Origin: a virus
Lineage: Duplodnaviria; Caudoviricetes
Strand: one strand, 5' to 3'
Virus record (IMG/VR): IMGVR_UViG_3300012667_000989
Location: 1 to 55,544 of that record
DNA: 55,544 nucleotides
Shown here: positions 20,011 to 28,704 of the stretch, piece after piece
How the letters are laid out: each line of letters starts with the position of its first letter
How positions within the stretch are numbered: the stretch's first letter is position 1
Translations under genes and position numbers: made by a program
Notes under the pieces: model-generated
Told to the model about the DNA's origin: nothing
Databases searched by the model: none
The model's input: the letters and a program-made list of their open reading frames with translations, nothing else

Positions 20011-20012
20011 AA

Positions 20013-20213
20013 ATGATTGAATATTTAAAAGCAATTGGTACTTTTATTGCTGTAATAGCAATTTTCTATTGTGGTAAATTAAGAACTGAAAAGAAAAGGC
20101 TAGAACAAGATTTGGAAGAGAAAGATTCAACAATAAATACAATCAAGGAAAATGAAAAGGTTAAAGAAACTAATTCTACCATGTCTAAGTCTGATCTTAT
20201 TAACGGCTTGTAG
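20013..20213 (+). CDS. Inner-membrane spanin (Rz-like)
   Basis: N-terminal TM plus coiled coil, overlapped by a lipoprotein ORF. Confidence 0.6.
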   Translation: MIEYLKAIGTFIAVIAIFYCGKLRTEKKRLEQDLEEKDSTINTIKENEKVKETNSTMSKSDLINGL

Positions 20214-20370
20214 TACTAAATATGTTTCTGATGGTTGTATTATCTTTCCTGATATTGTAGTTTTAGAATCCGACAAAGAAACTTTACTAGAAAACCAAGA
20301 AATGCTATCAAGAGATTTTTTGGTTTCATTTAAAAACTATAAAGACTTAAGAAAGAAAAATTGCAAATGA
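20152..20370 (+). CDS. Outer-membrane spanin lipoprotein (Rz1-like)
   Basis: Basic N-terminus, LILLTA-C lipobox, extra cysteines, overlaps the Rz-like gene. Confidence 0.68.
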   Translation: MKRLKKLILPCLSLILLTACSTKYVSDGCIIFPDIVVLESDKETLLENQEMLSRDFLVSFKNYKDLRKKNCK

Positions 20371-20774
20371 AAATACTTTTAATAGCTCTGTTCTTACTAT
20401 TCTCACCTACTGCCTACGCTTACGAGTGGGAAATTTTGCGCGTAATAGACGGCGATACATTAGAAATCAAAAACGAGTGCTTCTCAAAAGAATTAAAGCT
20501 ATCTGTTAGAGTTTTAGGCATTGATACGCCTGAAAAAGGTTCAAGAGCTAAGTGTGATAAAGAAGCTAAATTAGCAGAACAAGCCTCAAAGTTTACTAAG
20601 CAATTTATCGGTAAAAATAAGAAAGCTACTTTCAGAAATATCAAGTGGGACAAGTACGGTGGAAGACTACTTGCAGATGTTGAAATAAACGGCAAAAGCC
20701 TTGCAGGTGAGCTAGTTAAAAACAATTATGCAAGATCATACGATGGAAAAAAAAAGGGTTCTTGGTGTGAGTAA
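20367..20774 (+). CDS. Secreted thermonuclease (SNase family)
   Basis: Signal peptide (AYA), VIDGDT, VRVLGIDTPE, DKYGGRLLADV. Confidence 0.93.
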   Translation: MKILLIALFLLFSPTAYAYEWEILRVIDGDTLEIKNECFSKELKLSVRVLGIDTPEKGSRAKCDKEAKLAEQASKFTKQFIGKNKKATFRNIKWDKYGGRLLADVEINGKSLAGELVKNNYARSYDGKKKGSWCE

Positions 20775-20858
20775 AATAGCGTTTAAAGTTGTGTCAAATT
20801 CTAGTGATGCAATCCACTTTAGCAATTCTATAAATTTAACAATAACTTTTGCCTTCTA

Positions 20859-21260
20859 ATGTTTTTAATCAATTTCCTAAAATCAATATTCAAGAGACTA
20901 GTTAATCACTACAGAATAGTTTCTTGGGTTGGATTTCTTACCAATAAACCTAAAGAACAGTTATTAGCAGAAGCGCCACCAAGAAAAACAAATTGGGATA
21001 GATTGGCTTTCGAGAAATATTGGGTCTATTATGCTATCTTAGTTTTAACGATACTGCTTGCTTCTTATAACGCCTTAGCTACTTTTTTCATAAACACTAA
21101 ATCAAAAATAGATGTTCTTAATTATCAAGGAGAAGGCAGCCCTTTAACAATAGTTTATAAAGCAGCATCTGTAATTTATCTACTTGATTATACAGTACAA
21201 ACCATTGCTTTTATTTGCCTAGTCTCTCTAGTTATTTATGCTTGGAAGCGTAAGAAATAA
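20859..21260 (+). CDS. Membrane protein (2 TM)
   Basis: Two hydrophobic segments, basic C-terminal tail. Confidence 0.55.
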   Translation: MFLINFLKSIFKRLVNHYRIVSWVGFLTNKPKEQLLAEAPPRKTNWDRLAFEKYWVYYAILVLTILLASYNALATFFINTKSKIDVLNYQGEGSPLTIVYKAASVIYLLDYTVQTIAFICLVSLVIYAWKRKK

Positions 21261-21310
21261 TACGCTAGCTGCAACGGCAAAGAATCCTGCCCAAATCCAT
21301 AGTTCATTTT

Positions 21311-22231
21311 TCATTTTCTCTTTAGCTCCTCAATATCCTTCTGCATTTGCTCGAAGGAGTTGATGAAATCGGTTATGGTGCAATATTCTTTTTTAAATTC
21401 CAATCCAGAAGGGGAGTGATCTATTTCACCATTTTCATTGTAAAAAATTGTTCTAGCTACATTGCCATTCTTATCCCTAATCAAAGAATCTAAAGTATCT
21501 CCTTCTAATATTTTTGGCAACTCACTAACATCCTTCCAAATACTCACTGGCTCGACATATTCCTCTTTCCATATACTTTCTTTTAACTCTTTTTCTATCT
21601 CTGTATTTCCCCGCTCAATAGCGTCAATAAATTCCTCTTTAATGTCGATTTTAGGCTCTGGTTTCGACATAGGATATTGTTCATCCATCCTCTGATTAAA
21701 TTCTTCCATTTGTTTAACGCCATCTTTCAAAGCGTCTTTTACTAGATTCATTCCAGCTTTCTCAACTTCTAAAGCATTAATCAGATTTTGAACTGCTTTG
21801 CCATATAAACTATATTGCGCTGGCAGGCTATTATAAATTTGTTTCAACTCCTCCAAAGCCCTATCAACTTCGCTTGCTTCCTTCTCATTAACAATATTTT
21901 TTAATTTTGACTTACCCAAACATTTAAAAGAGCAGAATTTATTATATTCTTTGCTATCTTGACAAACCTTCTCAAGCTCCTTAACCTTAGCTTCAAGTTT
22001 ATCGCAGTGCGCGTAAATCGGCTTATTCAAGAAATGATTATGATTCTCTAAAATTATATCATAGTTTTCTTGAAGCTCCTTAACCTTAGCTAGGAGGGTT
22101 TGGTTTTCTGCTTGAAGCTCTTCGATCACTTTCATAGCTTTAAAGAACTCATTATTGGTTGGCTCAAACTCATATGATTTTTTAATTTCATTAAGTTCTG
22201 CGATTCTCTCGCTTAGTGTTTTATTTATCAT
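21311..22231 (-). CDS. Coiled-coil hypothetical protein
   Basis: 306 aa; duplicated AKVKEL and SIWK segments. Confidence 0.65.
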   Translation of the reverse strand: MINKTLSERIAELNEIKKSYEFEPTNNEFFKAMKVIEELQAENQTLLAKVKELQENYDIILENHNHFLNKPIYAHCDKLEAKVKELEKVCQDSKEYNKFCSFKCLGKSKLKNIVNEKEASEVDRALEELKQIYNSLPAQYSLYGKAVQNLINALEVEKAGMNLVKDALKDGVKQMEEFNQRMDEQYPMSKPEPKIDIKEEFIDAIERGNTEIEKELKESIWKEEYVEPVSIWKDVSELPKILEGDTLDSLIRDKNGNVARTIFYNENGEIDHSPSGLEFKKEYCTITDFINSFEQMQKDIEELKRK

Positions 22232-22271
22232 TTTCTACCTCAATTTAATTGTTAATAACTTTAAAATGTCT

Positions 22272-22442
22272 TTATTTTATTCTAAAAGTTTTCCATGTCC
22301 CGCATTTTTCACAAACGCATTGTTTTCTAGTTTCATAATAAAAACCTTTTTCATCAAAAGAGCAGTCATACATTCGAGTTGATTTAATCAATTGCCATTT
22401 GTGATGGCAAAAACCAAGCCATTTTAGAATTGATTTTATCAT
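22272..22442 (-). CDS. Small CxH...CxxCG zinc protein (DUF1660-like), not in ORF track
   Basis: Manual translation MIKSILKWLGFCHHKW...CVCEKCGTWKTFRIK (56 aa); ATGA overlap with upstream gene. Confidence 0.65.
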   Translation of the reverse strand: MIKSILKWLGFCHHKWQLIKSTRMYDCSFDEKGFYYETRKQCVCEKCGTWKTFRIK

Positions 22443-23023
22443 TTCACCACCTCAAAACTCACAACCCAACAAAATGGGTTAGCCTCAAACTTCTCTTCTG
22501 GTTTTTTGTGGGTTGCGTTCCAAAGCTCTTGGAATTTATCAAAAATAACATCTGGCGAATCCCAACCATTTACAAATTGGATCCCTTCTTTAATTACATC
22601 GCCTAGCGTAATATCCGCCAAGCGTTCCACTTTTATCTCTTTAATCAGCGGGGTTAGGCGTGAGTGTTCTTGCTTCATGTGTTGAGCCGGTTTCCACTTA
22701 TAATTATTTTCTTTATCTTGGTTATCCGCATTATAAATTATGTCTCTATAGTGCTGATTCTTATAAATGGTACATGGTCCTAGGGGAAAACTTGAAAGAG
22801 CCTCTTCCGCTTTTCTAAAAGCGTCTTTCCAATTAAAAAACTTCTCCTTCGCAAAAATCTTTTGTCCTACTTGGTAGGGGCAATCACTAAAAGACATAGC
22901 GCTGCAACGGCTATTTAATTTTAAGAAGTCGATTTTATCAGTTTTAATCACCTCCCTAAACATAACTTTTGATCCGTTTAGAATCGCTTGCACTTCTTGT
23001 GCTGTAAAAACTTTACCTTTCAT
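22439..23023 (-). CDS. ASCH/PUA-like phage protein
   Basis: VQAILNG.K..FRE.IK, CPYQVG, WKPAQHM...SR...I....VERL.DI, NPFCWVVSF. Confidence 0.8.
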   Translation of the reverse strand: MKGKVFTAQEVQAILNGSKVMFREVIKTDKIDFLKLNSRCSAMSFSDCPYQVGQKIFAKEKFFNWKDAFRKAEEALSSFPLGPCTIYKNQHYRDIIYNADNQDKENNYKWKPAQHMKQEHSRLTPLIKEIKVERLADITLGDVIKEGIQFVNGWDSPDVIFDKFQELWNATHKKPEEKFEANPFCWVVSFEVVK

Positions 23024-23266
23024 TTATTTGCCCTCCAATTGTTTTTTTGTCTCAGCAATCATTGCATCAATGAGTTGCACGCTAATAATTGCCTCTGTTT
23101 TTCCAGTCGCTAAAATTGCCGATCTTATCCCATTTAATGCGTGAAAATAGCCTTCATCAAATCCGTGCCCGATACTTTCATATTTATTGTAGAAAAAACC
23201 GTGATACCAACAACCAACTGTAGCATGATGTTGTTTTCGGATAAAAAATCTTTTTATTTGCTTCAT
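23024..23266 (-). CDS. hypothetical protein
   Basis: 80 aa, SD AGGGA. Confidence 0.55.
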   Translation of the reverse strand: MKQIKRFFIRKQHHATVGCWYHGFFYNKYESIGHGFDEGYFHALNGIRSAILATGKTEAIISVQLIDAMIAETKKQLEGK

Positions 23267-23732
23267 AATTCCCTAAATTAAATTAATACAGCCCCCTACG
23301 GCAATTAAAGCCAAGCTATCACGACTGGCATGAAGCCAACCGCTGTATCTTACCCCATAAGAGTTCGTTTAGAAGGTACAGAGACTTTCCACTGGTGCGA
23401 TTCTTACTCCCCTTTTGCCCCAGAAGGACGGATCTTAAGCTCCTTTTCAGATGACGAGTTTCCAAAGTCTCGACTTCGCTTTAATACCGACCACGAAAAG
23501 CGCAATCCAAAATATTAAAGCCGTTTATTCCACCTGCTTCTGGTATTCTTTGAAAATTCAAAAAGTCGCAATCAATAGAAGTTGCGCTTGCTTCTATTAG
23601 TCTTTACCCTCCTACCCCTACAAAAGGATCAGATTTAGATACCTATGGCAAGTCTTTGTGGAACCCCAGTATCGGTTAGCAACATGACCTGTTGTTGCCC
23701 GTGTAGATTGCGACCATTTGAAAATTCATAAA

Positions 23733-23834
23733 GCAACGCTGGTAAGGCATTTCACCTTACATGCAACCTTTCGTCTTTAAGGTTCTTGTGAGTGCGTCCG
23801 CCTGACTGCGTCTATATTTCCGCCACAGCGTTGC
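23733..23834 (-). ncRNA. tRNA-like RNA A (no canonical anticodon arm, no encoded CCA)
   Basis: 9-bp GCAACGCTG/CAGCGTTGC stem; TG-GCG GAAATATAGA CGC D arm; GTAAGG TGAAATG CCTTAC T-like arm. Confidence 0.65.
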
Positions 23835-23890
23835 CATAAAAATTCTCAACTATAATAAAGTTACCATAGTTTAGTGTAAATCGTTATACT

Positions 23891-24042
23891 TGGTGGGAGG
23901 GGCAGGATTGTAACCTACGAAACCAAATTAATTAAAATATTCGTGGGTAATTATTCCACTATTTTTTAAATTAACCATACTGGTGGTTTGCCTACTGGTC
24001 GACCGCTGACAAACTGACATTAACATACTCGTCCACCCTCTC
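23891..24042 (-). ncRNA. tRNA-like RNA B with encoded CCA and about 100-nt central insert
   Basis: GAGAGGG/CCCTCCC-A-CCA acceptor; TG-GAC GAGTATGTTAAT GTC D arm; GTAGG TTACAAT CCTGC T arm. Confidence 0.72.
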
Positions 24043-24385
24043 CATTGTCCAGTTTTTTAGTAAATAAACTGGACGAATTTGCCTTTTTACAGAAGGCTAA
24101 CTGGCTTTCTCTCTAGCTGTCACGGATGTCTTACCGTCCTCCATAGTTACCCTGTTTTTTACATGGTTAGGCGTTCCGTAAACTTTCCATGAAGGCGGCA
24201 TAAGTTTATAGAGTCCTGACGCTTATTGTCCTCTTTCCTGCAACCATCTTAAGCCGTTGCCGCTTTTAAAACACCCGCAGCCAAGTAAGCTTTCTTTCTC
24301 TTTTTTAAAAGACTGCGGATGTTATCAATACCAGTACACGCAGGAACCTTTCAAAAAACCTTGTTTACTGATATTGATAGAGAGT

Positions 24386-24413
24386 ATTATCTACATTGAT
24401 TTAGTTAAGTCAA
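24386..24413 (-). promoter_or_regulatory. Sigma70-like promoter for ncRNA array I
   Basis: TTGACT-N16-GATAAT; predicted start about 24379 coincides with the first stem. Confidence 0.7.
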
Positions 24414-24456
24414 GAGAAAAGATTAAAATAAATGAAAATAAAGTGCTTGACATGAT

Positions 24457-24786
24457 TTATCTTAGAGTTTCAAGCTTTACCTTAAAATATTCGTAACCTT
24501 TTTTAACAATAATTTTCTTTATATTGGCTTCGTAAATATCTTTATCATCAAAGCCATATTTCTTTTGCATGATGTCTTGAAGTGGCTTAACTGGATTATC
24601 CCAGTCAGAAGCTTTATTGCTAAATCCGAACTCAAAATAAATGCGATAAGGTGGTTCTGGTAGCTTTTTTCTAGGTAAAGCTAACAGTAAATCTTCTTGA
24701 TAGTCTAGGTATTCTTTGGATTTGTATCTTTTTCCTTGCCAGCATTTATTAACTGACAATGGTGGTATTTCTAGTTTAATTTCCAT
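24457..24786 (-). CDS. rusA: RusA-family Holliday junction resolvase
   Basis: PPLSVNKCW, DWDNPVKPLQD......DDKDI. Confidence 0.88.
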   Translation of the reverse strand: MEIKLEIPPLSVNKCWQGKRYKSKEYLDYQEDLLLALPRKKLPEPPYRIYFEFGFSNKASDWDNPVKPLQDIMQKKYGFDDKDIYEANIKKIIVKKGYEYFKVKLETLR

Positions 24787-25139
24787 TATTTATTAATCCT
24801 AAAATTAAACCCCTGACCATCCACAAACTCAATCACGAAAGTTTCAGGATACCTTAAATAGTTTGCAAAAGAGAAAAGCGTTCTCTTCTTAAAAGCTTTC
24901 TCATTAAGCCCTATCTCTAACTGCATATCATAATAATCAAACAATTGCTTTTGAGTTGCTCTGTATCTTAAAGCAGTAACAATTTTATCTAAGTTGAAAT
25001 AATAATCTCCAACCTCAAGTATTCCGCCAACATCATCAGCGATCCAACGCCAATCAGCATCTTTGTCGAAGTATTTTCTAACAAACTTCTTAGCAATTCC
25101 ATTGCAGGATTGTTCGTAAGCTATAATTTCTTTAATCAT
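24786..25139 (-). CDS. hypothetical phage protein
   Basis: 117 aa, coupled overlaps; WIADDVGG. Confidence 0.65.
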   Translation of the reverse strand: MIKEIIAYEQSCNGIAKKFVRKYFDKDADWRWIADDVGGILEVGDYYFNLDKIVTALRYRATQKQLFDYYDMQLEIGLNEKAFKKRTLFSFANYLRYPETFVIEFVDGQGFNFRINK

Positions 25140-25404
25140 TTTTAGTTTTCCTCTTTAATTTTTCTTTAAGCATTGCCTCTGCTATATAATAAGATTCCTC
25201 TGCCAGAATGACCGCAGGGTTACTATTATGAAATCCGTCGTATATAAGTCCCTGCATAGCCCTCATAGCACAATCATCAACATACTTCTCGCAAAGTATA
25301 TCAAAGTCAAACTCGTTTTCGTGAAACTTTTTATCTACGAGTTGGTTTCTAAGTTGATATATTTCATCATCTTTAATTTTAATAGTTCTTTTAAGTTCTT
25401 TCAT
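25132..25404 (-). CDS. hypothetical phage protein (D..AM.AMQG...Y.IA.AML family)
   Basis: Motif common in small phage proteins. Confidence 0.7.
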   Translation of the reverse strand: MKELKRTIKIKDDEIYQLRNQLVDKKFHENEFDFDILCEKYVDDCAMRAMQGLIYDGFHNSNPAVILAEESYYIAEAMLKEKLKRKTKND

Positions 25405-25405
25405 A

Positions 25406-25666
25406 TTAATTCTCTATGTTAATTATTTCCCTAAATCTCTTAGCTCTATCCGCGGGTGTATCAACCCCATCAAACTCAAATAGATAAACCCTCTTATCTT
25501 CAAAATCATGCTCTTGAGAATCCAGCCACTCTTCTTCTGGCTTTATGCAATCAGATTTAGGATAATATCTAGCATTGCCATTGTTAAACCTCAAGCTATG
25601 AGATACTTTCTTGCCGCATCTCTGGCATGTTTTGAATAGGATTTGTTTTACTTTTTTATTCTTCAT
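25406..25666 (-). CDS. hypothetical zinc-binding protein
   Basis: CQRCG motif. Confidence 0.55.
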   Translation of the reverse strand: MKNKKVKQILFKTCQRCGKKVSHSLRFNNGNARYYPKSDCIKPEEEWLDSQEHDFEDKRVYLFEFDGVDTPADRAKRFREIINIEN

Positions 25667-25850
25667 AATAAGTGCAAATTAAATCCCAGTTATTCTTACT
25701 GGTTCTGAAATTAAACTTTTCCTTTCGCTCAATTGTAAATTTATTAGTACCCTCTACTCCCCATTGAATATTATCTGTTAAAAATTTAGCAATAATTATT
25801 CGCTTATATTCTGGGTCTCTCCATTTCTGGACTATGTTTTTACTGGTCAT
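25656..25850 (-). CDS. hypothetical protein
   Basis: 64 aa, packed in operon. Confidence 0.5.
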   Translation of the reverse strand: MTSKNIVQKWRDPEYKRIIIAKFLTDNIQWGVEGTNKFTIERKEKFNFRTSKNNWDLICTYYEE

Positions 25851-25855
25851 GTTTA

Positions 25856-26035
25856 TTATTTAATTCCTAATTTTGCGTAAATAGGAGCAGCTTTTATCCT
25901 AGCTTCTCTTATTACTTTTTTATCAGTCAAGCATTTGTGACAATCTTTACAGAAGATATGTTCTGCAATCATAACGCCTCCAAATATATCAAGGTTCGTG
26001 TGTTTGCAAAAGATTTGTTTTAAAAGTTTTTTCAT
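25856..26035 (-). CDS. Small CxH...CxxC protein (DUF1660-like), not in ORF track
   Basis: Manual translation MKKLLKQIFCKH...FCKDCHK... (59 aa). Confidence 0.65.
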   Translation of the reverse strand: MKKLLKQIFCKHTNLDIFGGVMIAEHIFCKDCHKCLTDKKVIREARIKAAPIYAKLGIK

Positions 26036-26044
26036 GTTTATTGT

Positions 26045-26227
26045 TTAAATGTTTTTCAAATATAACTTTAGTTCCATTAATTGAGATATTTCTGATTTAT
26101 TTAATGGCAAATATTTTTCAATAATAGTTTTCAAAAAATTACCATTCTCATTTCTTAGTGCTTGCGACTCATTTTTAACAGTCCACCTGTACCAATCTAA
26201 GCAATCTTTAAATTCTCTTTCTCTCAT
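26045..26227 (-). CDS. hypothetical protein
   Basis: 60 aa, packed in operon. Confidence 0.5.
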   Translation of the reverse strand: MREREFKDCLDWYRWTVKNESQALRNENGNFLKTIIEKYLPLNKSEISQLMELKLYLKNI

Positions 26228-26282
26228 CGTATTATTTAAAAGTTACCCTCAAGACTTGTTACGAAGCCTTGAGGTTGTAGGG

Positions 26283-26618
26283 CTAGAAGGGTATCGAGTC
26301 TGATTCTTCCTCAACTTGTGGTTGGAAACCATTCCCCTTAGCTTGAGAATGTTGATCCACCTTATCTTTCTTAACATAAGCTGCTTTAATGTTCCCCGCT
26401 AAATATTCTAAACCAGTTTTAGAAATAGACCTATAAACAGAAACCTCATAATCACCTGCTGGCAATCCTTCTGGCAAATTAATCTTTCCATTGAAAGCAC
26501 CTTGCAAGATTTCCTCACCATTAGCTTTGGTGACAAAAGTGCCATCTTGCTTCTTAATTGGCTTACCTTCGTGCTGGTTGATAAATAGCGTTAATCTTGG
26601 TTTTGGTTCGTATGACAT
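26283..26618 (-). CDS. SSB-like OB-fold protein with acidic DSIPF tail
   Basis: FNGKINL...SKTGLEYLAG.I; C-terminal EEESDSIPF. Confidence 0.72.
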   Translation of the reverse strand: MSYEPKPRLTLFINQHEGKPIKKQDGTFVTKANGEEILQGAFNGKINLPEGLPAGDYEVSVYRSISKTGLEYLAGNIKAAYVKKDKVDQHSQAKGNGFQPQVEEESDSIPF

Positions 26619-26867
26619 TTATTCTCCTTTGTTTATTGTAACATTATTATTCTCATTATTATCAGTAATTATGCCTTTTGAGCGTAATTCTGACATAACT
26701 AATTTTTCATTCCAAAAAATATCTTTTGTTGAAACTTCTATATTGTAATGACTTTTTAAGTATTGCGCTTGTTGATATGATGCTATTAATCCAATCCCAA
26801 AAAATAGTCCGAACATTAACATTAGTATTGATCCCGCCAAAAACATGGTTTCTAGTATATCTCTCAT
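26619..26867 (-). CDS. Membrane protein
   Basis: N-terminal TM segment, SD AAGGAG. Confidence 0.6.
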   Translation of the reverse strand: MRDILETMFLAGSILMLMFGLFFGIGLIASYQQAQYLKSHYNIEVSTKDIFWNEKLVMSELRSKGIITDNNENNNVTINKGE

Positions 26868-26870
26868 TTA

Positions 26871-27440
26871 TTACTCCTTATTATTATAATATTCTACCAA
26901 CCCCTGCAATTCCGCAGAAGTTAGCTTTAACTCTTTCCAACCCATTGTATTGCCTAATTCCTCAATACCCTGAATCAAACCCATCATTTCCTCTTTGGTT
27001 GCTGTTGCAAAGCTGCGAGGCTTCCTAAGAGTTTCTTTAAACTCATTGAATAGAGCAACAAACTGTCCCCTAGTCATTTCTTCACCACCTTGCAGAATCT
27101 TATTCTTTTCATTAATAGCTTCTGCCAAAGCCTGCTCTTCGCTAACCTTTTCAGTAAAGCCAAGTCTCCATTTAATAAAATCCTTAGCATTCTCCATTGA
27201 GTAAGTAATGCCATTAGATTCTGTAAGCCTTACTGCTAATAACTGGCATAATCTATGAACCCCTTTTAATTGAAGCCAACTCTTACTTGCCTTAACCTCG
27301 CTAAACTCAACCTCAAAATCCTTACCACAATTAAGGTATTCTCTAATTGCTCTTGAGATATCTGCCTGCAAGTTTCCCCAGTTTGAGTTATCGGCTTGGA
27401 AGAAGGTTAGTTTCATCTTATTAAAAAAGTTTAGATTCAT
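26871..27440 (-). CDS. NinB/Orf-like recombination accessory protein
   Basis: KS..Q....H.L...L; SFATATKEEM..LI..IE motif. Confidence 0.6.
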   Translation of the reverse strand: MNLNFFNKMKLTFFQADNSNWGNLQADISRAIREYLNCGKDFEVEFSEVKASKSWLQLKGVHRLCQLLAVRLTESNGITYSMENAKDFIKWRLGFTEKVSEEQALAEAINEKNKILQGGEEMTRGQFVALFNEFKETLRKPRSFATATKEEMMGLIQGIEELGNTMGWKELKLTSAELQGLVEYYNNKE

Positions 27441-28684
27441 CTAACTCTTCTTCAAAAGCTATCAAAACGCATTGTTTACCATCAATATCTCCTTCTGTCA
27501 CAAAATGAATTTGCATATCTTCGCAATAATTTCTGTCGTAGATTATAACCTCCATCTCCAAAGCCTCTGGTCTTTCCTTAGCTAATTGGTTTAGTTGTTC
27601 CAGTAGTTGTTTAAGTTTCATTTGTTACCTTTTTGAGTATTCTTAATATAATCAAAAACTTCTTGCATTAAATCTCTGTCTCTAATCAAAGAGCCAACAC
27701 ATACTTTAAATTCTCTACCGTTTAAACAATTTACCACTATTGCAGTTCTTTTAACTAATTTATTTATCATCACGGCTTGTATATTAAGTTCGCCAACACC
27801 GTGAGTTAAATAAACTATTTCACCAACTTTAAAATTATCTTTCATCTACTTCCCCCTATTTGCTTTATAATTAAACTCTTGCTCATAATAACCTATTTTA
27901 CCTTGTCTATCTAAGAAAGACTCCGCTGCTTCTAACGAAGTAAATTCAACAATCTCCCACCCTGTGGGATGAAGTCTCGCCGCCCCAAAAGGCTCCAATT
28001 TTTCTACAAAATTATTCCAAAAGAAAAATCTTTTATATTGTGGTCTATAAACAACTTCCTCTTTCAATCCCCATGGTTTATTTTCTATATTAACAACTTT
28101 AATTATTCTGTATTCACTCATTTACTCCCCCCCCCTAATTTGTTTTAACTTCTTAGCTATTTCTAATTTCTGAATTTTTCTCAAATCTTTCTCAATTTGA
28201 GTTTTATCTTCAAAAAGAACTGAATTGCCACCGTTTACCCAAACTTGATAATCAAGAAAGCATAAGGTTGAAAGTAACAATCCTAATGCAATATTGTTAT
28301 TATGAATAACTAGATATAAAACGCATATTATTAATAGTATTCTTAAAAGATTTATTATAAAATTTAGTATCATTTACTCCTCCATTCTACTGCCATTTCA
28401 AACTTACGCTCAAAACGAGTATCTATTCTCTCTTTTAAAAATTTAGCAGCTTCTGAATATGTTTTGAAGACAAAACTTTCTTTATCATTTTGTAAGAATT
28501 CTGGACATAAATCAGCTTCTTCGCAATTAAATCTATCATAAATTTTTCGATGACCATTATAAATAATTGAGTCTTTTTGTAAAGTTACTGATTTAATAAT
28601 AATCTTTTTCATTAACCAATTTTCAGTATCTTGGGTCTGGCGCGCTAGATATAGATAATCGCCAATCTTATATTTTACTTTCAT
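27421..28684 (-). CDS. Run of five small hypothetical genes (27421-27621, 27618-27845, 27846-28121, 28122-28373, 28370-28684)
   Basis: Abutting ORFs with overlapping stops/starts and SD-like sites. Confidence 0.6.
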
Positions 28685-28704
28685 CTACTCCCCCATTAAT
28701 TTAA

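Larger units (their letters stand above)
23286..24379 (-). ncRNA. Structured ncRNA array I (about 10 stem-closed domains, two tRNA-like)
   Basis: No credible ORF; consecutive inverted-repeat-closed units; several stems gain G-U pairs only on the minus strand; promoter directly upstream. Confidence 0.7.

Noticed and set aside
23445-23500. Possible hammerhead ribozyme (CAGATGACGAG...CGAAA)
   Set aside because: The core CTGANGA is not present and the required three-stem junction could not be built
23286-24379. CRISPR or mini-CRISPR array
   Set aside because: No regularly spaced identical direct repeats; units are unrelated inverted repeats, and no cas genes are present
23330-24496. Plus-strand ORFs 23330-23518 and 24257-24496
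   Set aside because: Antisense to the operon, no RBS, atypical composition; they overlap the structured RNA array
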